Made by a program: the position numbers and the translations under genes
DNA from: Psilocybe cubensis
Taxonomy: Eukaryota
Length of the DNA stretch: 64,000 bases
NCBI GenBank assembly: GCA_017499595.2
Contig: CM039000.1
Span: forward strand, 2,914,001-2,978,000
Direction of reading: 5' to 3'
In this document: piece by piece, positions 36,721 to 52,585 of the stretch
Layout: each line of letters begins with the position of its first letter
Numbering within the stretch: the first letter of the stretch is position 1
Notes under the pieces: model-generated
The model's input: only the letters and a program-made list of their open reading frames with translations
What the model was told of the DNA's origin: nothing
The model's database searches: none

Positions 36721-38176
36721 ATGCCCCCCTTTGACATACATGCCGCCTTCCACCGCATCCTCGCCGACGCCCAGGTCTGCTCGTTCTCTCCTCCATCGCT
36801 CCCCATTCACCTCTCCGTAGATATCCGCTCCCCTCGCTGCCATCTTTGCTCTCACTGAGCTCATCCAAAACTCTGATGGTAAGTAATCCAATTCCCTCAC
36901 CAATCTCATATCTCATCTCTCCCATCTAGCCGGAACCATGTTCGAGCTCGTCAAGGCCCTCAACGACGGTGCAGAGGCCCTCACCCGCCAGGCTACAAAT
37001 CCAATCAGCATAAACGCCGGTTGCGAGCTTTTCATCGCGTTTGTCACCCTCTTTCCCCATGATTCGGCCGTATGTTCCTCTTCCTTTTCCCTCTTTCGTC
37101 CTACCAACTCTCCTCCGCCTCTAGAATTTCACCGATCTTAAAAAAGAGCTCATCCGCCAGGGTCAGAACTATGCTGCAGAGGCTCTTACCTACCGCAAAA
37201 AAATCGCAGAGCTCGCTTTCGGTTTCATCAAGGACGGCTCGGTCGTAGGTTCCCTTTGCGTTCATTCAGGCTATATCACGTACTTTTCACACACACAAGA
37301 TTCTCACCCATTCTTACTCTCGGGTCGTCATGCAAACTCTCCTCTTGGCTCATAAACGAAAACGCATCTCAGGTGCCTTTCTCAATCTATCCTTCGGCGG
37401 AGAAATTTTCTAATCTCTATCCAGTCTTCGTCACAGAAGCTCGTCCTCGAGGTCTGGGGTATGTGAATCATTATCTTGCTTGACCAGCGAACCTTAATTG
37501 TCAAATCACAGCATTAAGACTGCCGAAGAGCTCACAGCCGCGGGTGTACCGAGCACTGTTATACTGGATTCCGCAGTCGCATATGTCATGGACAAGGTAG
37601 ACTTTGTCCTCGTTGGCTCGGAGGCTGTTGTCGAATCAGGTGGTCTTGTGAATGCCGTTGGCAGCAATCAAATCGCTATCATCGCTAGAGCAGCCAACAA
37701 ACCCTTCTACGCCCTTGCTGAAAGGTATTTTTATTTCAACCAGATCCTATCGATCAAATCAATGATACATGCTCTTTTTATCAGCTACAAATTCCATCGC
37801 CTTTTTCCGCTATCACAATACGATCTACCTAGTCATAATTCAAAAATCCTTTCATTTCCCCGTCCTCTCCCAGTCAATCTCCCTTCTACAATAAACTCCT
37901 TAACTAAACAGCCCTCCTCCGACTCTTCCACCTCTGATAGCAGCCATCCGGATCCCATTTCTCCTCCAAGAATAACCCAGGAGCAAATTTCCGAAAACAA
38001 TCCCGATGTGGACTATACTAGGTCTGTCCTACTCGCTACGTCCACCTTCCGAATTTATATCTCTAATGTTCCGAACGACAATTAGACCTGATCTAATTTC
38101 TCTTGTGTTTTCGGATGTGGGAAGTTTAACGCCGGAGGGCGTTAGCCAATACCTCGTCGGCATGTTTGCAGGATGA
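36721..38176 (+). CDS. GCN3: Translation initiation factor eIF2B alpha subunit
   Basis: ISINAGCELF, ILTHSYSRVV, VFVTEARP, VDFVLVGSEAVVESGG, KPFYALAESYKFHRLFPLSQ, VDYTRP. Confidence 0.93.
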
Positions 38177-39048
38177 TGTCAGGATACAACTGTGTAGAAA
38201 AATGACATATTCACATCAAGTTCATCCATTAAGGCTATTCCTACACATCGTCATGGCAGATCTGACGATGGATTGGCGCGATAAGCCGATAATCTATTAT
38301 ACTAACTCAGTCTTTGGCTTCTAAATGCAGGCGACTGACGAGTCCTCGTAGATCGAAATCCCAGGATGGTCTCAAAGACAGCAATTCACAGTCGCCATTA
38401 CGGAACGGTCGGTGCTAATTCTATCCCCTCTCAATCCAGTCGACATGTTTGCGACAGGATGCGCACCACCAGATGTCGCTTGCGAGAAAATCCGTCTCTG
38501 TCTTTCACAGTGACGACGTTTTCTTTCTCTCTTTGTGGCCCTTTTTGTCTCCAACTTTCACATGCCAGTCATAACCTTTTCACCACCACCCCATCTTTGT
38601 GGGGTAATGAAGGGTTTTTTTGTGCTCTAGAGCACTCTAGGTATCTGGGAAAGTTAAAACGACTACCGGTGCCATATATGTCTTTGGATTTTAACTATAG
38701 GGTTTCGCGAGATCGAACCAATAACATAACTGATTCAGCGAATAATGTACGTCCGGCGAGTTCCAGCGGTAGCCGCATGTTGTAGCACAACGGTAGCTGT
38801 TTCCTTGCTCAATCCAAATCATCAAATGAAACTTTGCCTCCCCTTCACGCTCAACGGACCGAATCAGCGTTCAATCAATGACATGCCTCACGCCCAGCCA
38901 GATGGGTATTGCTTCTCAGTGGTCTCCAAAACATATAAAAAGCCAGGTTTTTTGGCTTGTAACTTCAAGATAGAAACCCAGTTTTTATCACGTCCACACT
39001 TCTTCTGTTATTAATCCCTCTCGCAGTTTATCACATATAGAATCAGAG

Positions 39049-39651
39049 ATGTGTCGTTGGCGCCAGTATGCTGGCAATTCTGCTTTCTTAGCCAAAGCTC
39101 TTATGTTCCTTTGATAGAATTCAAGACACTTATGCTCACTGCGGTCATATGTATCGGCTGGTAGGATGATCTCCCCTCTTTACACTTCCCGCCCTAGAGT
39201 GCTCTGACCATATTCATTTCCTCCTAGCCCGACGAAATGGTTCTTGGTGTCCCTTGGCTTTTTGTGAAAGACCGTTCTGATACGAACCTCCTTCTACAGG
39301 TTTATTGTCCGGAAAAGGATTGTAAATTCAGCCCATTTCATCCTCCTGACTGTGGCCCGAATTGCACGACGACGTGTTGGCAATAGTAAGTTTTTACCTT
39401 TGTCAATGACATTTTGCCTTCTTTAGTGAATCATATTAAAACTTGTTAGCCGACGTTTCCCAGAACAAATCGGTATGTAATTCCGCTCTTTATTGTGATG
39501 TCCGTTCTATAGGCGCTAATAGCATAGCTTTTATTTAGAGCGTAGACTCGACAGGTTATGCCCTTCGTGCCAACGTGCAGAAAACGAGCGACTGGCCGCA
39601 ATAGCTGCCCAGTCGAAAGGTTATGGCGGTCAGGTCTACAAGAAGTACTGA
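39049..39651 (+). CDS. Small 97-aa Cys/His-rich protein (6 exons; absent from ORF track)
   Basis: Exons 39049-39065, 39118-39160, 39228-39239, 39300-39385, 39450-39472, 39539-39651 join in frame via GT-AG introns to MCRWRQIQDTYAHCGHMYRLPDEMVYCPEKDCKFSPFHPPDCGPNCTTTCWQYRRFPEQIERRLDRLCPSCQ... Confidence 0.75.
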
Positions 39652-41127
39652 ACCACCACCACGATTCCTTCCGCCAGAAGACTGTCAAACCAAACCCATA
39701 ATCTGATAATAGTGTCTCCAATTTTACTCACATGTACCAAATAATCAATCTAATAGTTAAAGAATGGCATCTTAGCCAGCCCTTTTGAACCTGATTCTCA
39801 CGGGGGCGATATACGATGCTTGCTCGTGAAATAAAATGAGCAAAAATGACACCTCTTGGAATTAATTATCCCCATGTGCCGTGAAGATCCAAGGTCATAT
39901 GGATGTTATCGCGAGCCTTTTTTCTCTTTCGGACTCTGATGAGAAACGATAGGGCGTTCCGCGGCAAACTTCCGGAATACTGCAGAACGTTTACACGCTT
40001 GTGAGGAAAAAGGTCTGCAAGTCCACCCACTCCCTTCGAAGACGGTCTCACTGTGGTGGGGAATAGAGATACGAGACTCGTCAGGGTCATGCGGACGTGC
40101 CACGCACCGTCGGGAAGAACCAAGAGACCTAGGGAAGGGACTCGCAACCCAGCTGTTCCAAACTAATCTTTCGAAGTGCGAAAACCCACCACGATGACAG
40201 CCAGAGGCTCCGGGTACACTAGTGGCTCCGCCTCGGAGCTGTGCCCTGCCTATATGGTCAAAGGCACCGTAGCTTTTTTCCAGCCAGATCTGATTTACTG
40301 ATAAATAGCCACAAGTTTCTGAAAAAATAATAACATATATGCCACAACGTGGAAGTGGAGGGTCTTCCAGCCGGAAGTTACCTATTGGTAGAGAGCTGCC
40401 ATTGATTTCTCCGCCAGATGTATGTAGGTCGGAAGCTTCGGATCATAGTCACCCACATTCCTGAGGGGTTGATAAAGGGACACAATAGGTCTAGTCTTTC
40501 AAATGAAAGGCGAGAGAAAGCGAGGCAGCATTTGGCAATTCAGAACGGAGAATCATTTTTTAATTCCTAGGTAGGCAGTTGCGGCCCAGTAAATATGTTT
40601 CCCCGGTCCTTTACAACAAAGGAAGCAATCCGATAACTGTATCATAAAAACTTAGCACTATCGGCTCAGCTCTCGGAGCTGAACACATTAAAAGCCATGC
40701 TGAGGTGGGGGTTATTTTCGGAGAGCTTGGAACAGCAAAAGTGCTTGACATTTCGATTAAAGATGCCATTGGACACTTCTTTTGCGCAAGAAATCATGCC
40801 ACGACGCATTTCCAAGTCAGCGAAATATAAAATCAAAGTCAGCAAGCGACGTGGTCGTTAATACGGGAAGATGTGAAAAAGTACATACGCGAGATCACAA
40901 CTGTGTCTATTTCTGGAGGTAATTATAGTGGTTTGCGATCAATTTACGTAATCCATCATTCAGGGACGGTTGAAGCTCATTCGAGGCTCGCTCGACCAAC
41001 GTTCTACGCGTCAACAGCCTTTGCACTTGCTTTTCGAATTCTATCGCTGCCTAACGAAAACAGCCCTTCTATCTTTTTCTTTTTAACCAATGTCATAGAG
41101 CAACCAAGTCATTCGCATATCATCTAC

Positions 41128-42508
41128 ATGATGGAAACAGACGCAAGCGTGCCTTCGCAATGGCTTTTCTCCATCGATGCCTTAAATGGCACGCCCTCAA
41201 GTTGCAGTTTAGAGAAAGAAATGTATGATAGAGCACGAGGCGTGGAATTTCTGTTCCGTCTCGGCTCGTCTCTCGCCCTGTGAGTAACACTACCGCCGCA
41301 TGGCTAAAGCAATGCACTCAACAGCCCCTGCGTAGCCCCACTTCAGCGATGTGCACTGCGGCAACTTGGTTTCATCGGTTTTACATGCGCTATTCCATGG
41401 AAGATTTCCATCGTCAGGTATGTGGTCATCGTCATCTTAACCAAATTACCTCTGATGTGACTCGACGATAGGACGTAGCTGCTTCATGTATATTCTTGTC
41501 GACCAAAACCGAGGAATGTGGTCGCAAACTCCGAGACGTTGCCAGAGTTTACCAGGCCAAGGTGCAAAATGCTGACATCGCAACAATTCCAACCGAAAGC
41601 AAGGTATTTGTTATCCCGAAGGTTTAATTGATCGTATTTCAATGCCTGCTTTAGGAAGTTGATCAATGCCAGGCGGCGATCCTGCTGACTGAAGAAGTAT
41701 TGCTTGAGGCTCTTTGCTTTGATTTTATTGTAGAAAGTCCCCACGCGGAGCTTTTGGATCTATTCGAGACCCTAGAGAGTGACTTGGAGGTACAGGAATA
41801 TGCATGGAGCCTAGCACACGATTCGTGAGTACACTGATTTTGACGTGCACACAATTGATCCTAACTTCCTATCAGTTATAGAACGCCCCTCTGCATTTTG
41901 TACCCTCCTAGAGTCATCGCCTTCGCATGCTACATACTTTCACAGAGAATTATAGACGGGCCTAATTCCCCTTCCCTCGATGCCCGAGTTTCTGCGACCG
42001 CTCCGTCCACTTCATTGCCAACTCCTCCGTCACACAAACCACCGTCTCCGGATGCGTCTAGGGCAGCTATCGACTATTACAATCTAAGCGAATCCGAACT
42101 TCGTTCAATTTCAGGTATTCCATAATCAGTCTATAATATGAAAAAAAATTCACGTCATTCCCTTCACAGAAGCCATTGGGATCCTTCTTGAATTCTATTC
42201 TGTGCAAGATCAAGTGTCATACCCTTATATTTCTTCTATAATCGAAGTGGGTCCAGAATCCCCATTAGCCTGGATATTCTTTTGTTGAAACCCTTCAATA
42301 GATACCACCACCGGTTCAGCGGAACCCGCGACCCCGACTTTTTGTTCCACCGTCTCAACTAAACGCTATAAACAATCAAAATGACCAACAATCACAGTCA
42401 ATCTCTCAAGACGGGTTGGGAAGGACGCCTAGCTCGTCGCATGGTGGTAATACTCCGTTGACGCTGCCCTCTGAGGACGCACAAACCCCAATACCACAAA
42501 ATGAGTAA
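41128..42508 (+). CDS. Transcriptional cyclin (cyclin T/K, Pch1/Ctk2-like)
   Basis: QWLFS...DRARGVEFLFRLG, TAATWFHRFYM, CIFLSTKTEECGRKL, EEVLLEALCFDFIVESPH. Confidence 0.9.
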
Positions 42509-42584
42509 ACATTTAGCTTTATTGTAATTCTTGTATTACCTAGGAGTATGATAGTCCATTACACGTTCAGTTCAGTTGTATATA

Positions 42585-44309
42585 TCATGTCGATATCATC
42601 CATTCACCACGAGGGGCTCCTGGCACAAACATCTCATGTTCGGCCCATTCCGCATCGAGGTCAACAGGGCAATCCAAATCATCTTGGTCGAGCTTTCGAT
42701 ACTTTGGGTTCATACAAGAAGACATCCACTCGACAATATCTGGCCTTTTCATGTCTATGTTGTTTTTGGCAGGGAGTCCAAGTGAGTTTCCACCTTCTGT
42801 TATGGCGACTTCCTCTTCCCATTGTTCAATAATGTAATCTGATGTAATTGCTTGCGTTCCTGGTTCTGTCAAAATAAAAACCATTCGGTGAGTTTTCTAT
42901 GGAGTCAAACACACTACGAACCATCGTCTCTCCCAGGCCAGTATGATTCGGATCTTGCTCTCCCAGCGGAAAATGGCTTATCTGAATCTATTTCAAAAGC
43001 CAGACTTTCGGTGATGGGTTCATAAACCTATATGTTTTCAGTGAACATTCAAGGTGATGATCACTCAGGGTGTGATGAACAGCATGCATTTAATAACCCA
43101 CCCTAGGCAGCACTTTTGTGTCCGGTGCTTTCATTGCAGTTGCCATCCAGTATGTCAGCCATTCGAGCAGTGTTGGCGATCGGTTTTTGTAATGAAAAAC
43201 GGACGAAATAAATGCTACGCCTCCACCTGTGGCAAATATTTAATCCAGTTCAACTCGAGATATATACGGATTGCTTACCTTCAGTAAACTGTCCTACTGC
43301 CCAATGAGTGTAGGTCGTTAAGAAGAACCACATGGCATCTTCAACCCGACACGCATCCCATAGCTAAATGTATGCTGAAAGTAAGCATTGAGTAATATGA
43401 TCATCACTTTCATGACTGACCGTCGCCCATAATTTAAACTTGCCAGAAAAGGGAGCATTGGGCCTAGGGCCTTTCATGAAGCTAGGAAACTACAAGGCTT
43501 TAATAACCTTGTCCCGCTGCCATAGGATGTAAGCAGTTGGAGACTTACCGATTTGCAATTGACAAACTCTTCAAAATCGCCTGGGCTGAGCACATAGGGC
43601 GTCTGGTACGCTATGACAATTGGGGATGGTGTATTCGGGATATAAATCCTCGGTTTATTAAAAGGTCCCTTCTTCCAAACTTGATATCGAAATAACGGGC
43701 TCCTTGTGTCGCCTTCGCAGAGTTCCCAATCAATAGAATCAGGTAGGCTGAAATGTATAACCCGACATAAAGTGATCAGCGGAAGCGCTAACCATGATTC
43801 CATCCTAATCAATCGCATTGTGACTGTTTAAAAATTTTTCCCGACATGAATGTGAATAATATCCTCACTGAGAGATATCGCTCATCCTCTGCGAAAAGAA
43901 TCGTTCGGATAATTTGTCTGGCAGTATGTAACGGATATTCTCTATCTTCTTCTTTGTCTCTTCTAGTTTCGATTTCGGTAGTTTACCGGGGATGTTTTCA
44001 TTTAGCCCTGCATGTAAAATCGTTATGGTGGATGTCAGTAGCGCGGAGAACAACAAGAAGCAGTTGCCTACAAGAAAGTATATTCTCCTTGCTTTGAAAG
44101 ATAAAACGAATGCACTCCAATGTCCGGTAGTCCTCAGGCTGCACCCGTAGCGCTTGGTTTTGGTGAGATTTACTTTTGGTGGTTACTGGTGGAAGATTGA
44201 TCAAATCGTAATGGGCACATGTCGGAGGGTCGGGAAGAGTGAAGCTTCTTAGGTATTTGCGCATACTCTGTACCCCATGCGTCTCAAAATCTTGTGCGGT
44301 CCGGCCCAT
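42585..44309 (-). CDS. Hypothetical multi-exon protein
   Basis: Several minus-strand exon-like ORF pieces separated by ~55-nt GT-AG introns; no family recognised. Confidence 0.55.
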
Positions 44310-44804
44310 ATGTGTTTTGTGGACGTGTTATAAGTTTTGAATGGAGTAGCGAAGTACAGAGTGGAAGGAATGGTAGTGGAATGAGCTGGTCATTGTTGCC
44401 ATTGATAGGTTCAATTAATATATAGGATATCTTGTAAGGCGCACAGTCACGCTTAATACCATCGATACAGAAAAACAAGGTTGTAGCGTAAGAACAAGAG
44501 GAACCCTAAAAATACAAGTAGACAACATACTCCACTTTAGGCAACTACTACATTTGGTTTCAAGCCGGCCGGAGGACCGGCCATTGATACCGACCCTGCC
44601 GTTCACTTTGACAAGGGGTTTCCCCGGCAATGCACTCCGAATCCGTAACACTTGGAAGGAGACTCGGACGCGTACACGCTTTCCAACTGATTTCATTGTT
44701 TCCTTTGATACGCTAACTCACCTTGGCCTCCGGAAGCCACTTGTTCTATAATATTCTGTCTTCTCCCAGGTATCTCTAGTTTGCGGAAACCTGAACATAT
44801 CGTT

Positions 44805-46230
44805 ATGGATGGACTGTTGAAAGAACTGACCAAATTGGAGAAGTTGACGACAGTGAACGGCAAAGGAATTTCGATAATTCAATCCCTAGACACTCTACTT
44901 CAATCGCTCAAAGAAGCACGAGAAGGATTTCTGAAAGGAACATGCTCCGAAGAAGATTTGAGACGTCTAGCTCAGCTTGTCGAGGCGAAGAAGAAAGAGG
45001 TTGATGACAGACAGAAGGATATTTACTCAGTCTTATCTCGCCTCGGGAAAGCTTTGGACAAGGTACGGGCAACATTGAGCAAACCAATTCCATGATTTAT
45101 TCCTTGCTCTAGAAATTCACGGCAACGCTGCCCACATATTCCGATTTGTTTGCCTCCTCGGCTTCTGTTATGGCCATTGAAAGAACGATTGCTTTACACC
45201 TTCTCAGAACTGGTCAGTTCGACGTCGCAGAGACCTTCCTCCAGGTACTTTTAATATATATATATATATAGTCACTCTTTCATATTCGTACCCATTACTT
45301 TGTAGGAATCTGAAATCGACATATCGAAAGACTTACGAAATCAGTTCGTCGAGCTGCACCAGATTCTTAGGCATCTTAGGGGCCATGATATAGGACCAGC
45401 TTTAAGGTTTGTTCTATCTACCTACTACAATAAATTTTATAATAACTGGGAGCGTCCACTCCCTAGATGGGCCAAGAAAAATCAATCATTTCTTCGCTCT
45501 CGTAACTCTCCCTTGGAATTCTATTTGCATCGCTCGCAGTATATCAGACTTCTCTTATCAACTCACCCTCCAGATCCTATTGCAGCAGTCCAGTATGCAC
45601 GGGATAACTTCCGCCCTTTCTACAATGACCACGAAACAGAATTTCGGCGCCTGATGGCATGCACCGCCTTTTTACCTTTGCATGTCCTTCAAAATTCGAC
45701 GTATAGGGATCTTGCTGATCCTACAATTCACTTTGACCTCGAACCTTTGTTTGCCAAAGAATATTGTGCCAGCCTTGGTATGAGTCGACAAGTTCCGCTC
45801 AGAGTCGTAGGCGATATTGGTGGGGGAGGTGCATTGGCACGGATTGAGAAAGGTCGGAAGGTCATGGGTGATAGGAAGAACGACTGGAATCAAATGGAGG
45901 AATTGCCAGTATGTCTCAATATTATTCTCTAAGAAAGCTGCTCAGTACAATTATTCACAGATTGAAATTCCCCTTGCTTCTGACAATCGCTATCATTCAA
46001 TATTCGCTTGTCTGGTTTCAAAAGAGCAATCCACGGAAGCCAATCCGCCTATGATGATGACCTGTGGGCATGTAATTTCAAAGGACAGTCTGCAGAAACT
46101 AAACAAATCCGGAGGGTGAGTCTTTACCTAACATGTTTTTGCGCTTTCTAAAGTGATTCATAGACGTTCAAAATGCCCTTACTGTCCAGTGGAAACTATG
46201 CAGGGAGCTGCCCAGCGCTTGTACCTCTGA
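44805..46230 (+). CDS. RMD5: GID/CTLH complex RING subunit Rmd5/Gid2
   Basis: LisH (HLLRTGQFDVAETF), CTLH (LEFYLHRSQYIRLL), CRA, ELPIEIPL...YHSIFACLVSKEQ...NPPMMMTCGHVI...KCPYCP. Confidence 0.92.
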
Positions 46231-46953
46231 TATGGTGTTTGATGGCACAACGTAACTCAAGCTGATTCACATAGGGTGTCTATTGGCTACGTCTATTGAC
46301 CACTTCTGGAATCATCCAACTCAATTCAAGACAACAGCGGCCCTTTCTCACAATGTTTTTGATTCTACGCGACTCGGAGGGCAATGACTATCATCTGGTT
46401 ATCTGCTGCACTCATCTCTTCTCGGTGTCTTCGGCTGTTTAGATTCAATGCAAACTCAGTGATACCAGAATTAGGGTCAAAGATTGGGTTCTGTCTTTCG
46501 CCTTGCGCCACATATATGCCGTAACGGTCGTGGTTGTTGCCAAAGTATCCCTTGACTTTTTCCCCCCTATATTCATTGTCCACTCCACTCATTTCGAGCT
46601 ACTTCATCTGAGTACATGAATTGGATCTGAGTACAGATATATCAGTATTTGTATGCTGCTTTAGAAATCGTTAGAGCGCTTTTTATCGCCATTTTTGCGC
46701 CTTTGGGTTCAATGTAATTATGTAGTAAAATATATCAAGTTTCGAAGAAGTTGAACGTTCCGACGATGGTGTTTGTATGAGGCAATTTAACCAAACAAGT
46801 TCTCGGTTTACAGCTCCTTTAAGCGATCATAATTAGATCATAGCTATTTAGTAACCTTCTCCTCCTGCACAACAACACTCAGAGAGTTTCCCCCAGTCAC
46901 CAAGCTCAAATCGGACATTTACCTTACATGTTTTGAATCAATATATTTAAGAG

Positions 46954-49673
46954 ATGGAGAATGGACAACCGCGTCTGGAGTTACTTCAGTCAGTTTACTT
47001 CAATTTTTTACCGTAAGGTCATAAGCGTGGTAATACAGAAGCTTCAGGAAATTATACGATCACCTCTTTTCTTCTGGAACTACTCTTTCTAAGTGCAAGG
47101 ATGCCACTATAGCAGAGAAACTGTACCCTGGACCGACAAGTTCTATCACTGTCGCTGGGAGGAGCCTGGCATGGAAGGTCTTTATCGATGTTTGAGTGAA
47201 TGTTCTCTGCTCACACAAGCTGATTATTCTATCTTTCATAGTTGTTTTTAGCTAAGGAAGAACCTTTGCAAGCATCTCAAACACCGCGTTCATCCAATCT
47301 ATTGGCTTCTTTACGGGAATCGCGCAAGGCGTATTCTACTTTACTCGAAGAGAAATCTCGAGCACCGGATGCTGTTCAATTACATTCCAAAGGAGACAAC
47401 GTACATAATGCCAAACCAAGCGCTGGAAGTTCTAGAAGTCTCGACTTGGTCAATCCTTTAAGTCTACATAATGAAGTGCGCCGTCTCTCTTTCTTTGTTT
47501 TGCGATAATACGGAACAATTTCCCCAGAACCCCTGGAACGAGTGGTTTGCAGGCGTTGAGCTGCGGAAGGTAATCAGTCAAGATGTTGAGCGGACGTAAG
47601 TAAGGAGTGTATTTCTGCTTTAAGGATGATCTCTGAACGCAGTTATGAAGCTTTCCGGACATCCCATTTTTCCGAGAAGTTGACGTTCAAGGAGAGCTCA
47701 CTAACATACTGTTCTTGTACTCAGTCATGAACCCTTCCATAGGATATCGCCAGGGTAAGCGTCATGTCTTCGACTGAGTGAGGCTATTTGGTATTAAACT
47801 GAATTTTGTAGGAATGCATGAACTACTAGCGCCTTTGTATTATGCCGTTCATTTTGATGGCATTGTCGATGATGAAATACAGGACAGGAACTATAAAGAT
47901 CTGATGGATTTATGTTCTGCGCATTATATTGCTGCAGACTCTTGGGCGCTCTTTAACTCGGTAATGAAAGGAGTTTCCCAGTGGTACGAATGGCGAGAAC
48001 CGAACGATTCAGAAGGATCAGCGCGGAACCCTCTCACACCTTTCCCCAACCATGTTATCATCCCTAATGGCCAGAACGGGATCAGACCATACGTTGCGCC
48101 CATTGTTCAGGCTTGTAACCATATACAATCGACTCTTCTTCAAGCATGCGATCCTGTTCTATGGCAAAGTATGCAAAAGGCTGGGATTGAACCACAAATA
48201 TATGGAATGTGAGTAGAATAATTTCTAGGATGTTACGATCTAGTGGTTGAACATCGCTAAACAGCCGCTGGTTGAGACTTCTCTTTACCCGTGAGTTTAG
48301 TATGGCCGATGCATTAACACTATGGGATTGCCTTTTTGCCTGCGACGCAACACTGGAATTAGCGCAATGGGTGTGCGTCGCAATGCTTATCAGAATCCGC
48401 AATGACTGTAAGTTTATACATTGGCATTTAATACTGCTTATTTCACACTTGCAACAGTGATTCCTGGCGATTATTCTGGACAGTTAACGACGTTGTTGCG
48501 TTATCCAACTCCTTCATCTTCTGACAAGGTTTCAGGTGCTCCTCACCATGCCATTCTTCTTCTCCGACAAGCGCTGGCTTTGCAAATGTCCCCTAATCCT
48601 TCCACTGGGTCATCCATAGTAATGGAGAACAAGGCGTTGTTGAATATACCAATCGAGGTCCCTGCGATCCCTGATATTCCACCTAGACGACCCAAGAACG
48701 CCCGCCCGCCGCCTGCAACTATTTCGTCAGGGTCGGCATCTCTAGAGGGAAACACCACTCGGAATCACTCGAGGCAGACGTCCACTGGGGCAGTGGGTAT
48801 ATCAGAAATGTTTACTCGTGGTCTTGTCGAAAGGGGTGAGAGTTTGGGCATTAATAAAACCTTCATGAACGCAGTCACAGAAATAAGGGTATGCCAGTGC
48901 GCAACACGATGTTTTATTACGGCTGAATATATATTATTTTATAGCGTAACATACCCGAATTAGCTGCATCGCTTGGTGTAAGGACCCCAAACCAACAACT
49001 GTCTGCATTTCCTTTGGTAGACGAACGCCCTGTGGAGGAGAGACCGCCCTGGGAACCCCGGACACGCTTTGAGATGGAGCGAGATATCAGCCAAATTCAG
49101 GCGAGGGATAAAATTCTGGGAGAGTCTTTGGCTTGGATTGTCGATGCTCTTCTTCAAGACGAATCTGATGCACAAGAGCCAGAACGAGTCAAGAAACAGA
49201 AACAGGAAGCACTGGAGTCTCTTTCCTATGTGCGGGATGCACTTATGACGAATGATATGTCATTAGACGACGACAGATTAATCGGCGGGGAAGAAAAAGA
49301 GAGGAGAAGGGTAAAAACGCAGAAAGCAAATGAAGAACTGCAGGCAGCAAGTGCAGCCGCGATCGTTTCTCCGCCAGCTCGAGTGCCTGTAATCGATTCG
49401 CATTTGGGCCATTCGAATGCTTATCGAGCTAGACCACGATCTCCAGAAAGTCAAACTCAGCCTACGCCACCAATAAAGGAGGTTGGACAGAGAGCACCCT
49501 GGAACTACACGCGGTCGAGTTTCTCAGCCAGCATACCTGCGGTGCCTGCAGCGGTGATGCCACGGCGACCACCTCCGACATCGACAAGCCTGAGACGAGA
49601 GAACCAGAAGTCGCGCGATCTAACGCCGGCCAAGACAGAGGGGTACCAGGATCCTCTAGGGGCGATACGGTGA
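46954..49673 (+). CDS. Rab-GAP TBC-domain protein (TBC1D5/Gyp6-like); start approximate
   Basis: RSLAWK, NPLSL, ISQDVERTFP, GYRQGMHELLAP, IEPQIYGIRWLRLLFTREF. Confidence 0.88.
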
Positions 49674-49868
49674 ATTGTAGTAGTGAATATGTTTCTGTAT
49701 AGTACATAGTATGTAGAATAAGGAAAGACCGGATATTGTGAACGGGAAGCCGGAGAATAAATCACGAGGACATGATTGGCCGGGCGGGCTCGCGGTTTTC
49801 GTTGGCGATCGGAGGAGGAAATCACTCACGCGCTCTAAGAACAGACCAAATCCTCCTTCTGTACCACC

Positions 49869-52332
<2,464 letters not shown>

Positions 52333-52585
52333 TTAACTACATACACTTTATTGTTTTCATGGGGATGGCTATGGGATTGCTCTATGGATGATGAGGTTGT
52401 AATCAAAACTAATCACTGGGACAGTGTAGCTGGATCACCAGTGCCACATACGTCAAATTAATTACATAGATGTTGTCATTAGTATTAAATCTCAGAAAGC
52501 CAAAAACAATCAAAACTGTGACCAGATATGTTCCAACATCATCTTCCATTCAAAGCACCAAACTCATAAGCCTTTTATATTGTCA

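Noticed and set aside
39936-39950. CTGATGA-GAAAC hammerhead-like core
   Set aside because: There is no stem II between CUGAUGA and GAAA, and the flanking stems do not form.
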